DNA of 64,000 nt from Longimicrobiales bacterium. GTDB lineage: Bacteria > Gemmatimonadota > Gemmatimonadetes > Longimicrobiales > Gaopeijiaceae. Below, piece by piece: positions 42,699-52,104 of this stretch. The stretch covers positions 82,364-146,363 of the forward strand of contig JAWLHJ010000005.1 of the NCBI GenBank assembly GCA_041690395.1, written 5' to 3'. The notes beneath the pieces are model-generated. The model had not been told where the DNA came from. It worked only from the letters and a program-made list of their open reading frames with translations, and ran no database searches. The position numbers and the translations under genes are program-made. How positions within the stretch are numbered: the first letter of the stretch is position 1; the number at the start of each line of letters is the position of its first letter.

Positions 42699-42732
42699 AG
42701 CCTCGGGGCCGCGTGATGGCGGCCCCGGGGCT
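42699..42732 (+). terminator. terminator-like hairpin after flgE
   Basis: 14-bp stem AGCCTCGGGGCCGC / GCGGCCCCGGGGCT (one G-U pair), GTGATG loop, weak U tract. Confidence 0.5.
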
Positions 42733-42912
42733 CTTCGTGCTCCGGGGCCAAGGCGGCAATCCTGTCCGCCTCGACCCCGGAAGGATCTTCCGTACTCCCC
42801 GCGACGGACCTGTGGACGAGTCTCTTCGCGCCGAGGGGTGGCGCGCTCGTAAATCGTTGTGTGTCAGTTCTTTGGGCGCACATGGGGTGTGTCCCGCCGT
42901 GTGTCTTGGGTG

Positions 42913-42928
42913 TGGTACGACGCGTGCG
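42913..42928 (+). promoter_or_regulatory. sigma-54 promoter candidate for the fliL operon
   Basis: TGGTACG-ACGC-GTGCG; exact GG/GC spacing, 9/12 defined positions; about 44-nt predicted leader to ATG 42982. Confidence 0.5.
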
Positions 42929-42981
42929 AATAGGGGGTGCAGCGGCCCAGGCGGCCGCGTGACTGAACCCAGAGGCGCACG

Positions 42982-43488
42982 ATGTCCGAAGACCGCACCG
43001 AACTCGACGACGGCACGCCAGACGATGCGGGGGCACCGCGGAAGCGGTTGCTCCTGGCATTTCTGTTGGGCGGCGCTTGCCTGGCCGCGGGTGGTGCGGT
43101 GGGCGCCACCACGCTCGGTGGCGCGGTGGCTCCGCTGCTCGCCGACAGGGCCGAGGTCCAGGAAGAGGAATCCACTGCTCCTGCGCCCACCGCCCTCCAC
43201 CTCATCGACAACCTGGTGGTGAATCCGGCCCGCTCGCGTGGAACCCGATTCCTGCTGGTCAGCGTCGCCGTCCAGGTTCGCCAGCCGGCTACGACGGACA
43301 TGGTCTCCGAGCGAGACGTGGAATTGCGCGCGGCCCTTCTGCTCGTACTCGGCGCACGGTCCGTGGACGAGCTCACGGACATCGAGCAGAGGGCGTCCAT
43401 CGTCGACGAGGTTCGCGCGACCATCGTGGACGTGCTGGGTCCCGATGTGGTCCATGACATCTTCATCCCCCAGTTCGTCATCCAGTGA
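42982..43488 (+). CDS. fliL: flagellar basal body-associated protein FliL
   Basis: Single N-terminal TM; LVVNPARSRGTRFLLVSVAVQV..., C-terminal IFIPQFVIQ. Confidence 0.88.
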   Translation: MSEDRTELDDGTPDDAGAPRKRLLLAFLLGGACLAAGGAVGATTLGGAVAPLLADRAEVQEEESTAPAPTALHLIDNLVVNPARSRGTRFLLVSVAVQVRQPATTDMVSERDVELRAALLLVLGARSVDELTDIEQRASIVDEVRATIVDVLGPDVVHDIFIPQFVIQ

Positions 43489-44513
43489 GTACTTCCGAGA
43501 GCCTCTCCCAGAACGAGATCGATCTGCTCTTCAGCGGTGGCGGAGGTGCCGAGTCCGGTGGCTCCGAGTCCGTCCGCCGCCAGAGTGAGGTGCAGGTCTA
43601 CGACTTCCGGCGACCGGCCAGGATCTCCAAGGACCGGATGCGCTCGCTCAAGGCGATGTACGGGCTCCTGGCCAAGTCATTGGAGTCCTGGATCACGGGC
43701 CGTATGCGGGACCAGCTCGAGGTGGAGCTCCAGAGCGTGGAGCAGCTCAGCTTCGGCGAGTTCCAACTCGCTCTTCCGTCGCCCTGCTCGTCCTACATCC
43801 TGGACATCCAGGGTACGGGTCGGCAGGGCGTGATCGACTTCGGTCATGAGTTCGCCTACTTCATCGTAGACCGGCTGTTCGGGGGAACCGGTCAGCACAC
43901 GGTGCCGTCACGCACCCTCTCCGCCATCGAACGGATGGCGGTCCGGATCGTCGCCGATCGTGTGGCCTTCCATCTCGCCGAGGCGTGGAAGGACTACGTG
44001 AGGCTGACCCTCGAGGTGTCCGGCTTCGAATCGATTCCGGAGATGCTACAGGTCGCCAACCGTGAGGACCCCGTACTCGTGGCGAACCTGAGTGTGGGCA
44101 TGGGGGACATGCACTCGCTCATGATGCTCTGCCTGCCTTTCGCCACGGTCGAAAAGTTCTTCACGGGCACCACCGCGCGTAGGCCGGCCCAACCCGAGGG
44201 GTCCGAGTCGGAGCGTGCCCGCGAGCGCACGGTCCTCGAGACGACGGTCCGTGACGCGCACGTGCTCGTTCAGGCCCGCCTGCCACGCTTCAACGTGAGC
44301 TTTCGCGATCTCCTGGACCTCGAGCCCGGATCGGTCCTGAGCACCGGCCTCGAGCCCGACTCGGAGCTGGAAGTCATCATGGCCGGCCAGCGTCGGTTCC
44401 GAGGGCTTCCCGGCAAGATGGGGCGAACCCTCGCGGTCCGAGTCTCGGAGGCCGTGGATCCCGAGCCGGACGATCTCATTCACCCCGAGCGCGGCTCATC
44501 CCCGGACCGATGA
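43485..44513 (+). CDS. fliM: flagellar motor switch protein FliM
   Basis: GTGA overlap; N-terminal CheY-P binding motif LSQNEIDLLF; SpoA-like C-terminus. Confidence 0.93.
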   Translation: MSTSESLSQNEIDLLFSGGGGAESGGSESVRRQSEVQVYDFRRPARISKDRMRSLKAMYGLLAKSLESWITGRMRDQLEVELQSVEQLSFGEFQLALPSPCSSYILDIQGTGRQGVIDFGHEFAYFIVDRLFGGTGQHTVPSRTLSAIERMAVRIVADRVAFHLAEAWKDYVRLTLEVSGFESIPEMLQVANREDPVLVANLSVGMGDMHSLMMLCLPFATVEKFFTGTTARRPAQPEGSESERARERTVLETTVRDAHVLVQARLPRFNVSFRDLLDLEPGSVLSTGLEPDSELEVIMAGQRRFRGLPGKMGRTLAVRVSEAVDPEPDDLIHPERGSSPDR

Positions 44514-44567
44514 GCTCGACGCATCCCTTCACATCAGCCACCTGCAGCGGTAGACGAGGTCACGAGC

Positions 44568-44981
44568 ATGGATGAGCGAAACGAAGAAGCACTGGACGAA
44601 CGAGCACTCGAGGCCGCCATGGAGGCGGAGCTGAACGACGGGGGCGAGGAGAGCCCGGCCGCCGAGTTCGGTGAATTCCGCCGCGATGGGGTGAGCGGGC
44701 AGCCCGCGGCGCTGAACATGCTCTATGACCTCCATATGCCGGTGGCCATCGAGCTGGGCAGGACCCGTATGTCGGTGCAGGAGATCCTGACTCTCGGTCG
44801 GGGATCCGTGATCCAGCTGGACCGCCTCGCCGGAGAGCCGGTGGACGTGTTCGTGGGTGATCGGCGGTTCGCCGAGGGAGAGGTGGTCGTCGTGGGGGAG
44901 CAGTTCGGCGTGCGGATCACCCGGATTCTGAGCACGAGCGTGGAGAACGCCGCGGAGTCCGCGTCGGAGTCCGCGGCTTGA
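44568..44981 (+). CDS. fliN: flagellar motor switch protein FliN
   Basis: MPVAIELGRTRMSVQEILTLGRGSVIQLDRLAGEPVDVFVGDRRFAEGEVVVVGEQFGVRI. Confidence 0.93.
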   Translation: MDERNEEALDERALEAAMEAELNDGGEESPAAEFGEFRRDGVSGQPAALNMLYDLHMPVAIELGRTRMSVQEILTLGRGSVIQLDRLAGEPVDVFVGDRRFAEGEVVVVGEQFGVRITRILSTSVENAAESASESAA

Positions 44982-44983
44982 CC

Positions 44984-46171
44984 ATGATGACCTGGGTCAC
45001 GGTGGTTTCGGCGCTGGCCTTCGTCTTGGGTGTCGTGGCCGTGGCCGCTCACTGGGCTCGCCGCTTCGGGACACGCTCCGGCGTCACGACCCCTCAGGGC
45101 TCCATCGAGGTGGTTTCGCGGGTGGGGCTCGCGCCCAAGCAGGGCGTGGCGACGGTGAAATTCGGTGGTCGCTTCCTACTCGTCTCCTATGGCGAAGGTG
45201 GCGTCCGTGCGCTCGCGGAAATGGATGCCGCGGCGTGTGATGCGGGCGACGAAATCGACGCTGGTGCGGGGGCGCATGGCCCGGTGAGGAGCGGGTTGGC
45301 CACGCTCCCTGGACAGGCCGGTGCCCTGATTTCCCTCGCGCGGCGCCGGGTCGCGGGCCTGCGGGTGCTCCCGGCCGTCCTGATGATGGGAACTCTCCTG
45401 GTCTCGGCGCCCTCGGTGGACGCACAGAGCGCTGCCGAGGCACCGGTCGCCGCGGTCGGTGAGGTCGCCCGGGTGCCCGCCGGCGACGGATCCGCGGGCC
45501 CGCAGATGAGCGTGAGCCTCGGTGGGCAGGAAGAGGAGGGGCGGTTGGAGCTGAGCGGTCCCGTGGGGACGGTCCTGTTCATCGGGTTCATGACGCTGAT
45601 CCCGACGCTCCTTCTCCTCATGACGAGCTTCACGCGGATCCTCATCGTGCTGCACCTGCTGAAGCAGGCGCTGGGTACACAGACGGCGCCCCCCGCGCAC
45701 CTTCTCGCGGCGATGGCGTTGCTCCTCACGGGCTTCGTCATGGCTCCGACCTTCGAGCAGATCCAGGTGTCCGCGGTGGAACCGTGGATGAATGGAGAGA
45801 CGGACGAGCTCCAGATGCTCGAGACGGCGTCGGGACCCATGCGTGACTTCATGCTGTCGCATACTCGAGAGCAGGACCTGGCGTCCTTCAGCGAGATGAG
45901 CGCCGGTCCGGTGCCGGAAACCATCGACGACGTACCGCTCGTCGTCGTGACCTCGGCGTTCGTCACGAGCGAGCTCACCAGCGCATTCCAGATGGGCTTT
46001 GCGCTTTTCCTTCCGTTCGTCGTGATCGACATCGTCGTGGCGTCCGTGTTGATGAGCATGGGCATGTTCATGCTCCCTCCGGTGATGGTGTCACTCCCTT
46101 TCAAGCTCCTCCTGTTCGTGCTCGTCGATGGATGGTCGCTGATCATGAACAGCCTGGTGAGGAGCTTCTGA
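44984..46171 (+). CDS. fliP: FliO-like N-terminal module continuous with export-gate protein FliP in one ORF
   Basis: aa 1-85: TM + IEVVSRVGLAPKQGVATVKFGGRFLLVSYGEGGV (FliO-like); aa ~120-150: signal-peptide-like RRRVAGLRVLPAVLMMGTLLVSAPSVDAQS; then FliP core MTSFTRILIVLHLLKQALG...; no stop between. Track ORF begins at TTG 44978. Confidence 0.85.
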   Translation: MMTWVTVVSALAFVLGVVAVAAHWARRFGTRSGVTTPQGSIEVVSRVGLAPKQGVATVKFGGRFLLVSYGEGGVRALAEMDAAACDAGDEIDAGAGAHGPVRSGLATLPGQAGALISLARRRVAGLRVLPAVLMMGTLLVSAPSVDAQSAAEAPVAAVGEVARVPAGDGSAGPQMSVSLGGQEEEGRLELSGPVGTVLFIGFMTLIPTLLLLMTSFTRILIVLHLLKQALGTQTAPPAHLLAAMALLLTGFVMAPTFEQIQVSAVEPWMNGETDELQMLETASGPMRDFMLSHTREQDLASFSEMSAGPVPETIDDVPLVVVTSAFVTSELTSAFQMGFALFLPFVVIDIVVASVLMSMGMFMLPPVMVSLPFKLLLFVLVDGWSLIMNSLVRSF

Positions 46172-46440
46172 TGCCGCTGGGCCTGGTACTCGACCTCGCG
46201 CGTGAGGCGCTCTGGACCTCTCTCCTGCTGGCCGGACCGCTGCTCGCCGTCGCCCTCGTGGTCGGCCTGCTGGTGAGCGTCCTCCAGGCCGTGACGTCGA
46301 TTCAGGAGCAGACCCTCTCCTTCGTGCCGAAACTGTTCGCCATCGGCGCCGTCTTCATCCTGCTTCTGTCGTGGATGTTGCAGATCATGATGCGGTACAC
46401 GTCCGAGCTCTTCAGGGCGTTGCCCGGTCTGGTGAGCTGA
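46171..46440 (+). CDS. fliQ: flagellar export gate protein FliQ
   Basis: ATG 46171 (TGATG junction with fliP); LLLAGPLLAVALVVGLLVSVLQAVTSIQEQTLSFVPK. Confidence 0.92.
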   Translation: MPLGLVLDLAREALWTSLLLAGPLLAVALVVGLLVSVLQAVTSIQEQTLSFVPKLFAIGAVFILLLSWMLQIMMRYTSELFRALPGLVS

Positions 46441-46441
46441 G

Positions 46442-47239
46442 ATGGCCGAGGTCACGGGAATGGAGATCTTCCAGCCGGCCGGCGCCTCGGTTGCTGCTTT
46501 ACTGCTGCTGCGCATGGCCGGCCTCGTGTGGACCGCTCCTGTGTTCTCCGCTCAGGTCCTGCCTGCTTCCCTGAAGACCGCACTGAGCGTTCTGCTGACG
46601 GTGCTCCTCTGGCCCATCGCCATGACACATGGAGCCTCGGCAGAGCTCGGCGTGGGGACGGTATTGTCCGAGATCCTGATCGGGATGGCCCTCGGCATGG
46701 GGGCGGCGGTGTTCGTTGCGGCGGCAGAGTCCGCCGGTGATATGGTCGCGGTCCAGATGGGCCTGTCCGGTGCGAACGTCCTCGATCCCATGTCCCGAAC
46801 GCAGCTTCCGGTGCTCGGTCAGCTCCTCGGCCTCTTCGTCGTATCGCTGATCCTGGCGACCGGTGGCCATCTCGTCATCGTCAAGGCGCTGGCCGTGTCG
46901 CTCGAGCTCATGCCGTCCGGAAGTCGCGTGGCGGCTGCCGAGGGGGCCCGGGAGGTCGTGTACCTCGGTGCCACGCTGCTTTGGCTCGGGCTGCGGTTCG
47001 CGGCGCCCGTGGTCGCGGCGATGATGATCGGGAACGTGGCGCTCGGGGTCATGGCGCGCACCGTTCCCCAGTTGAACGTGCTGGTGGTGGCATTCCCCGT
47101 GCAGATCGGAATCGGTCTCTTCGTGCTGGCGGCCACCCTGCCCATGATGGCCAGCGGATTCCAGTCCTGGGACGTGAGCTACGAGGACGTGGTGGGACGC
47201 CTTCTGGAAGCCATGTCGCCCGCGGAGGACGCGCCCTGA
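46442..47239 (+). CDS. fliR: flagellar export gate protein FliR
   Basis: Polytopic membrane protein, expected size and position, FliR-like LLRMAGLVWTAPVFS... Confidence 0.9.
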   Translation: MAEVTGMEIFQPAGASVAALLLLRMAGLVWTAPVFSAQVLPASLKTALSVLLTVLLWPIAMTHGASAELGVGTVLSEILIGMALGMGAAVFVAAAESAGDMVAVQMGLSGANVLDPMSRTQLPVLGQLLGLFVVSLILATGGHLVIVKALAVSLELMPSGSRVAAAEGAREVVYLGATLLWLGLRFAAPVVAAMMIGNVALGVMARTVPQLNVLVVAFPVQIGIGLFVLAATLPMMASGFQSWDVSYEDVVGRLLEAMSPAEDAP

Positions 47240-48324
47240 TGTCCGAGGAGTCGATGCAGGAGAAGACCCAGGCGCCCACCCCGAAGCGGAGACAGGACGC
47301 GGCGCGGAAGGGGCAGGTCCCCCGCAGCCCGGAAGTGACCACGGCGTTTCTACTCATGGCCGGGGCCGGCGCTGTGGGACTGGTGGGCGGCACTGCCTCG
47401 CGTACGGTGGTGGATCTGTTCGGTCGGAGTGTCGTGGGGGTCACCGCCATGCCGGTGGGCATGGACGGGGCCGTGGAGCATGTCGAAGCGGCTGCCGGTC
47501 TGGCCCTCGCCGCGGTTGCGCCCATCGTGCTGATCCTCTCGGGGACGGCGTTGGCCATCAGCGTTCTGCAGGCTCGTGGCGTGCTGACCCTGACGCCCCT
47601 GAAGCCGCAGTGGGAGCGGTTGGATCCCCTCAAGAAGGCCAAGCAGATCTGGGGGGTGAAAGCCGTGGCGGAGCTGTTGAAGTCTCTGCTCAAGTTGGGG
47701 CTCATCGGGGTCGTGGTGTGGATCACGCTTCGAAGCATGATCGACGACGTCGGTTCCCTGTCCCAGACTTCGCCCATGGCGCTGTTGGTGCTGCTTCGCC
47801 GTTACACGGTTCGTGTTCTGCTCGCCGCCGGCGCGGCTTATCTGGTGGTGGCCGCCCTGGACTACGCCTACCAGGTGTGGCAGCACGAAAAGCAGCTTCG
47901 GATGACCCGCGAGGAGGTGAAGCGCGAGCTCAAGGAGAGCGAGGGCGATCAGGTCGTGAAGGTCCGGCGCCGGACCATGGCTCGGCAGCTCGCACACCGC
48001 CGAATGATGCTGTCCGTGTCCGAGGCGGATGTGGTCGTCACGAATCCGACCCATGTGGCGGTGGCGCTGAAGTACGATCCCGATGTGGCTCCGGCCCCCA
48101 TCGTGCTCGCCATGGGTGAGCGGAAGGTGGCTGAGCGCATCAAGGCGCTGGCCGCGGAAGAGGGCATCCCGACCGTCGAGAACAAGCCTCTTGCCCGTGC
48201 TCTCCTGGCCACCGCACGCGTCGGTCAGGCCATTCCCGTCGAGTTCTTCGTCGCGGTCGCCGAGGTCCTCGCCTTCGTCTACAAGCATCGTAGCGGTGCC
48301 GGAACGTATGGGGTCGGCCGATGA
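47239..48324 (+). CDS. flhB: flagellar export switch protein FlhB
   Basis: ATG 47239 (TGATG junction); QEKTQAPTPKRRQDAARKGQVPRS, autocleavage NPTH in VVVTNPTHVAVAL. Confidence 0.95.
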   Translation: MSEESMQEKTQAPTPKRRQDAARKGQVPRSPEVTTAFLLMAGAGAVGLVGGTASRTVVDLFGRSVVGVTAMPVGMDGAVEHVEAAAGLALAAVAPIVLILSGTALAISVLQARGVLTLTPLKPQWERLDPLKKAKQIWGVKAVAELLKSLLKLGLIGVVVWITLRSMIDDVGSLSQTSPMALLVLLRRYTVRVLLAAGAAYLVVAALDYAYQVWQHEKQLRMTREEVKRELKESEGDQVVKVRRRTMARQLAHRRMMLSVSEADVVVTNPTHVAVALKYDPDVAPAPIVLAMGERKVAERIKALAAEEGIPTVENKPLARALLATARVGQAIPVEFFVAVAEVLAFVYKHRSGAGTYGVGR

Positions 48325-50405
48325 ACCCGGAGGCATTGCTGCCCAAGCCGTTCAGGGACGCCGGCGAGATCTCCGTCGTCGTCGGCATCGTCTTCATCGT
48401 GGGGCTGTTGGTGCTGCCGCTGCCGACGGTGTTGTTGGATCTCTTCCTCGCGCTTTCCATCGCGTCGGCCCTCTTGATCCTGCTCGTGACGCTGAACGCG
48501 AATCGGGCGCTCGACTTCTCCGCGTTTCCCGCCGTCCTCCTCATCCTGACCCTGTATCGGCTGGCTCTGAACGTCAGCTCGACCCGGCTGATCCTGGGAC
48601 AGGGGGAAGCCGGGAAGGTGATCGAGTCGTTCGGGCAGTTCGTCATCGGGGGGAACTACGCGGTCGGGGTCGTGATCTTTCTCGTCCTCGTCGGCATCAA
48701 CTTCATCGTGATCACGAAGGGCGCGGGCAGGGTGGCCGAGGTGGCGGCGCGGTTCACCCTCGACGCCATGCCGGGTCGCCAGATGAGCATCGACGGGGAC
48801 CTGTCGGCGGGTCTCATCGACGACAAGGAGGCCAAGCGCAGGCGTGAGGAGGTCTCACGCGAGGCGGACTTCTACGGAGCCATGGACGGTGCCGCCAAGT
48901 TCGTGCGTGGCGACGCAATCGCGGGCCTCCTGATTACGGGCATCAACATTCTCGGGGGTCTCTTCGTCGGCGTCGTTCAGCGAGAGATGGATGTCGCGTC
49001 GGCACTGTCCACCTACACGATCCTGACCGTGGGCGACGGGTTGGTGAGTCAGATTCCGGCGCTGATCATCTCCACCGCGTCGGGCATCATGGTCACCTCG
49101 TCCGGTGGGGGCGAGCGTGTCGGCGTCGCCGTGCTCAATCAGCTCGGCCGGGACGCGCGGCCCATGTGGATCGCCTCGGGGTTTCTGGGCGCCCTGGGCC
49201 TGGTGCCCGGAATGCCGACCGTGCCCTTTCTCGTGCTGTCGGGCGGCGCCGCCGCGGCCGCACGCTACTCTGCGAAAGAAGCCGAGGAGCTCGCCGAGGT
49301 CGGTAGGATCGAGGCCGAGGAGGCTCGGGAGCCGGAGCCGGCCCCGGACCAGAGCACGATCCACGACCTTCTGCAGACGGATACGGTCGAGCTCGAGGTG
49401 GGCTACGGGCTCATCCCGCTCGTCGACGAGAAGCAGGGAGGTGATCTCCTCAGTCGCATCCGCCTGCTCCGCAAGCAGGCCGCGCTGGAGATCGGCATTC
49501 TCGTGCCTCCGATTCGAATCCGCGATGACGTCCGCCTTCCAGCCGACGTCTACGTCGTGAAGATCCGGGGCTCGGAGGCCGCGCGTGGCGAAGTCAGGCC
49601 GCGCCAGCTGCTCGCGCTGGACACCGGCGGCGCCTTCGGCGCGCTCGAGGGTGAAGACACGTTCGACCCGAGCTTCGGCATGCCGGCCAAGTGGATCCCG
49701 ATGAAGGCGCGCGTCGATGCGGAGGCCGCTGGATACACGGTGGTCGAAGCGTCCACCGTCCTTGCCACGCATCTCATGGAGACCCTCAAGGCGAGCGCGT
49801 CGGAGCTGCTGGGCCGCCAGGATGTCAAGGAGATGATCGAAGCGCTCAAGGAATCGTACCCCGCGCTGGTCGACGAGGTGGTGCCGAACCGGCTCCCCCT
49901 CGGCACGTTGCATCGCGTGCTTCAACGCCTTCTCGCCGAGCGCGTGCCCATTCGCGACATGGTCACCATCATGGAGACGCTCGCCGACGCCTCGGAGACG
50001 ACCAAGGATCCGGAGGCGCTCACCGAGCACGCCCGGCGTGCGCTGTCGAACGTCATCGGAGACCGGTTCACCGGTCCGGACGGCTCGATTCGCGGGATCA
50101 CTCTGGGCCCCTCCCTCGAGGCGGCGCTGATGGGCCTGTTCAGCCCCAGAGCGAACCGGGCGTCTACCGACATGATGGACCCCGAGCGGCTCACCATGCT
50201 CCTCAACAGGCTCGACGACCTGACGCGAGCGCACGGCGACGAGGGACGTGCCGTGCCCATCATCACACCTCCTGGCTTGAGGGTCGGCGTTCGCCGGTTG
50301 ATCGAGCCCGTTCTTCCGAACGTACCTGTCATCTCGCTGGCGGAGCTGCCCGCTCAGGCCAACTTGCGCAGCGTAGCCACCTGGGACTTGTCCAATGCAG
50401 CTTGA
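48321..50405 (+). CDS. flhA: flagellar export apparatus protein FlhA
   Basis: ATGA overlap; AVGVVIFLVLVGINFIVITKGAGRVAEVAARFTLDAMPGRQMSIDGDL and cytoplasmic ring domain. Confidence 0.95.
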   Translation: MNPEALLPKPFRDAGEISVVVGIVFIVGLLVLPLPTVLLDLFLALSIASALLILLVTLNANRALDFSAFPAVLLILTLYRLALNVSSTRLILGQGEAGKVIESFGQFVIGGNYAVGVVIFLVLVGINFIVITKGAGRVAEVAARFTLDAMPGRQMSIDGDLSAGLIDDKEAKRRREEVSREADFYGAMDGAAKFVRGDAIAGLLITGINILGGLFVGVVQREMDVASALSTYTILTVGDGLVSQIPALIISTASGIMVTSSGGGERVGVAVLNQLGRDARPMWIASGFLGALGLVPGMPTVPFLVLSGGAAAAARYSAKEAEELAEVGRIEAEEAREPEPAPDQSTIHDLLQTDTVELEVGYGLIPLVDEKQGGDLLSRIRLLRKQAALEIGILVPPIRIRDDVRLPADVYVVKIRGSEAARGEVRPRQLLALDTGGAFGALEGEDTFDPSFGMPAKWIPMKARVDAEAAGYTVVEASTVLATHLMETLKASASELLGRQDVKEMIEALKESYPALVDEVVPNRLPLGTLHRVLQRLLAERVPIRDMVTIMETLADASETTKDPEALTEHARRALSNVIGDRFTGPDGSIRGITLGPSLEAALMGLFSPRANRASTDMMDPERLTMLLNRLDDLTRAHGDEGRAVPIITPPGLRVGVRRLIEPVLPNVPVISLAELPAQANLRSVATWDLSNAA

Positions 50406-51222
50406 GACTTTTCGAGGCCGGGATCTCCCGTCCGTCATGCGGCTCGTCCGTGCCGCGCTCGGGGGCGATGCGCTGATCCTGACGACGCACGCCCTCCACG
50501 AACCGGAGGGGCGGGCCTTCGAAGTGGTCGCGGCGAAGCCCGAGGCCCTGGAGGCGTTTCGCCGTTCCCTCGATGGAGGGTTGGCGGCGGCCCGCCGGGC
50601 CAGGACGCGCAGTCGCGTCGGGCCCTACACCGTCGCGCTCGTCGGCCCTTCGGGTGCGGGTAAGACCACGACGGCGGTCAAGCTCGCGCTTCACCCCAAG
50701 GGCCTCGGTGGGCGGAAGATCGGATTCGTGACCCTCGATACGTATCGAGTGGGCGCGTTGGAGGAGCTTCAGACCTATGCCGAGATCACGAGTGTGCCCA
50801 TGGAGGTCGCCTATTCCGAGGAGGATGTCGGACCGGCCCTGGAGCGTCTCCGTGACCGGGACGTCGTTCTGGTCGATACACCCAGTCGACTCGAGGCGGA
50901 GTGCGATTGGCTTTCGATCCTCCGACGCATCGACCCCGACGAAGTGCACCTGGTGATGCCTGCGGGCCTTCGGCATGACGTGGCGCTTCGCCTCCGGGAC
51001 CGCTTCGGGGTCGCAGGGGTGACCCACGGTCTGTACACGAAGGTCGACGACCTCGAGGACGACGCGGGGCTGGCGCAGACCGCGGAGGCCGTCTCCCTTC
51101 CTGTGCGATGGATCGCGGACGGACACGAGGTTCCGGGGGCCCTCGCCGCAGCGCTTCCCCGGATTCTCGGTGCACTGGGGCGTCGTTGGAGCGACGCCGA
51201 CGCACGACGGATGGCCGGCTGA
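50395..51222 (+). CDS. flhF: flagellar SRP-type GTPase FlhF (short, NG core only)
   Basis: G1 GPSGAGKTTT, TLDTYRVGALEEL, G4 TKVDD; G3 reads DTPSR instead of DTAGR; only 275 aa. Confidence 0.85.
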   Translation: MQLETFRGRDLPSVMRLVRAALGGDALILTTHALHEPEGRAFEVVAAKPEALEAFRRSLDGGLAAARRARTRSRVGPYTVALVGPSGAGKTTTAVKLALHPKGLGGRKIGFVTLDTYRVGALEELQTYAEITSVPMEVAYSEEDVGPALERLRDRDVVLVDTPSRLEAECDWLSILRRIDPDEVHLVMPAGLRHDVALRLRDRFGVAGVTHGLYTKVDDLEDDAGLAQTAEAVSLPVRWIADGHEVPGALAAALPRILGALGRRWSDADARRMAG

Positions 51223-51240
51223 CGCCGCGCCGATCTCACG

Positions 51241-52104
51241 ATGTCTGGCGTTCGCCGCTCCCTCGATTCCCTCAAGGCCTTCATGGCCGGATCCGGAGGG
51301 AGCGCTCCTTTCGAGCCCCGCCCGGGCGTGTTCGTCGTGGGTTCCGGAAAGGGAGGGGTGGGTACCTCGGTGGTGGCGGCGCTCCTCGCCGTCGAGGCCG
51401 CGAGGCGGCACGGTCGCGTTCTCCTGGTGGACGCGGACGAGACCGTCGGATCGCTACACCTCATGTTCGGCCAGGACGACGGGGGGCCGGGCCTCGGCGC
51501 TCTGCGAAAGCCGGGGGTGGTCGCTGAAGACCTGTTGCGGCAAGTCGCGCCGGGAGTCTCGCTCCTCTCCGGAGGCGGAGGAGGTGTCGATGCCACGCTG
51601 AGCTCCGCTCTGGGTGAGCGTCGGAGCCTTCTGCGCCGTGTATCCGGACTCTACGACGACTTCACCACGGTGGTCGTGGATGGCGGCTCCCGACTGGAGT
51701 CCGTGATGGCCGCGTGCTCCGCGGGGGCCGCCCGACTCCTCTGTGTGACCACCGGTGATCGGATCTCGCTGGCGGCGAGCTACGCACTGTTCAAGGTCGC
51801 GCGGGCGCGCTTCCGCGGGCTGCCGGTGGACCTTCTGGTCAATCGGGCGGACGCAGCCGAAGCGTCGGATCTGCACGCGGTGGTCGGGCGCGCGGCCAGG
51901 AGCTTCCTGGCCACCGACATCGGATTCGGTGGGTCCATTCCCACTTCGCCCGAGGTCGTCTGGAGCCTCCAGGCGGGGGTGTCGTTGTTCGGCGTGGAGG
52001 CGCGCTCGGGCGCGGGCACGGCGATGACCGCTCTCGGCGACCGGCTTTTCGGTAGCCGCGCCTCCGGAGCCGCGGACGACCAGATCGTCCACCTGATTCG
52101 GTAG
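51241..52104 (+). CDS. flhG: MinD/ParA-family flagellar number regulator FlhG (FleN/YlxH)
   Basis: Position after flhF; deviant Walker A GSGKGGVGTS (canonical Lys replaced by Thr), LLVDAD Walker A'/B region. Confidence 0.8.
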   Translation: MSGVRRSLDSLKAFMAGSGGSAPFEPRPGVFVVGSGKGGVGTSVVAALLAVEAARRHGRVLLVDADETVGSLHLMFGQDDGGPGLGALRKPGVVAEDLLRQVAPGVSLLSGGGGGVDATLSSALGERRSLLRRVSGLYDDFTTVVVDGGSRLESVMAACSAGAARLLCVTTGDRISLAASYALFKVARARFRGLPVDLLVNRADAAEASDLHAVVGRAARSFLATDIGFGGSIPTSPEVVWSLQAGVSLFGVEARSGAGTAMTALGDRLFGSRASGAADDQIVHLIR

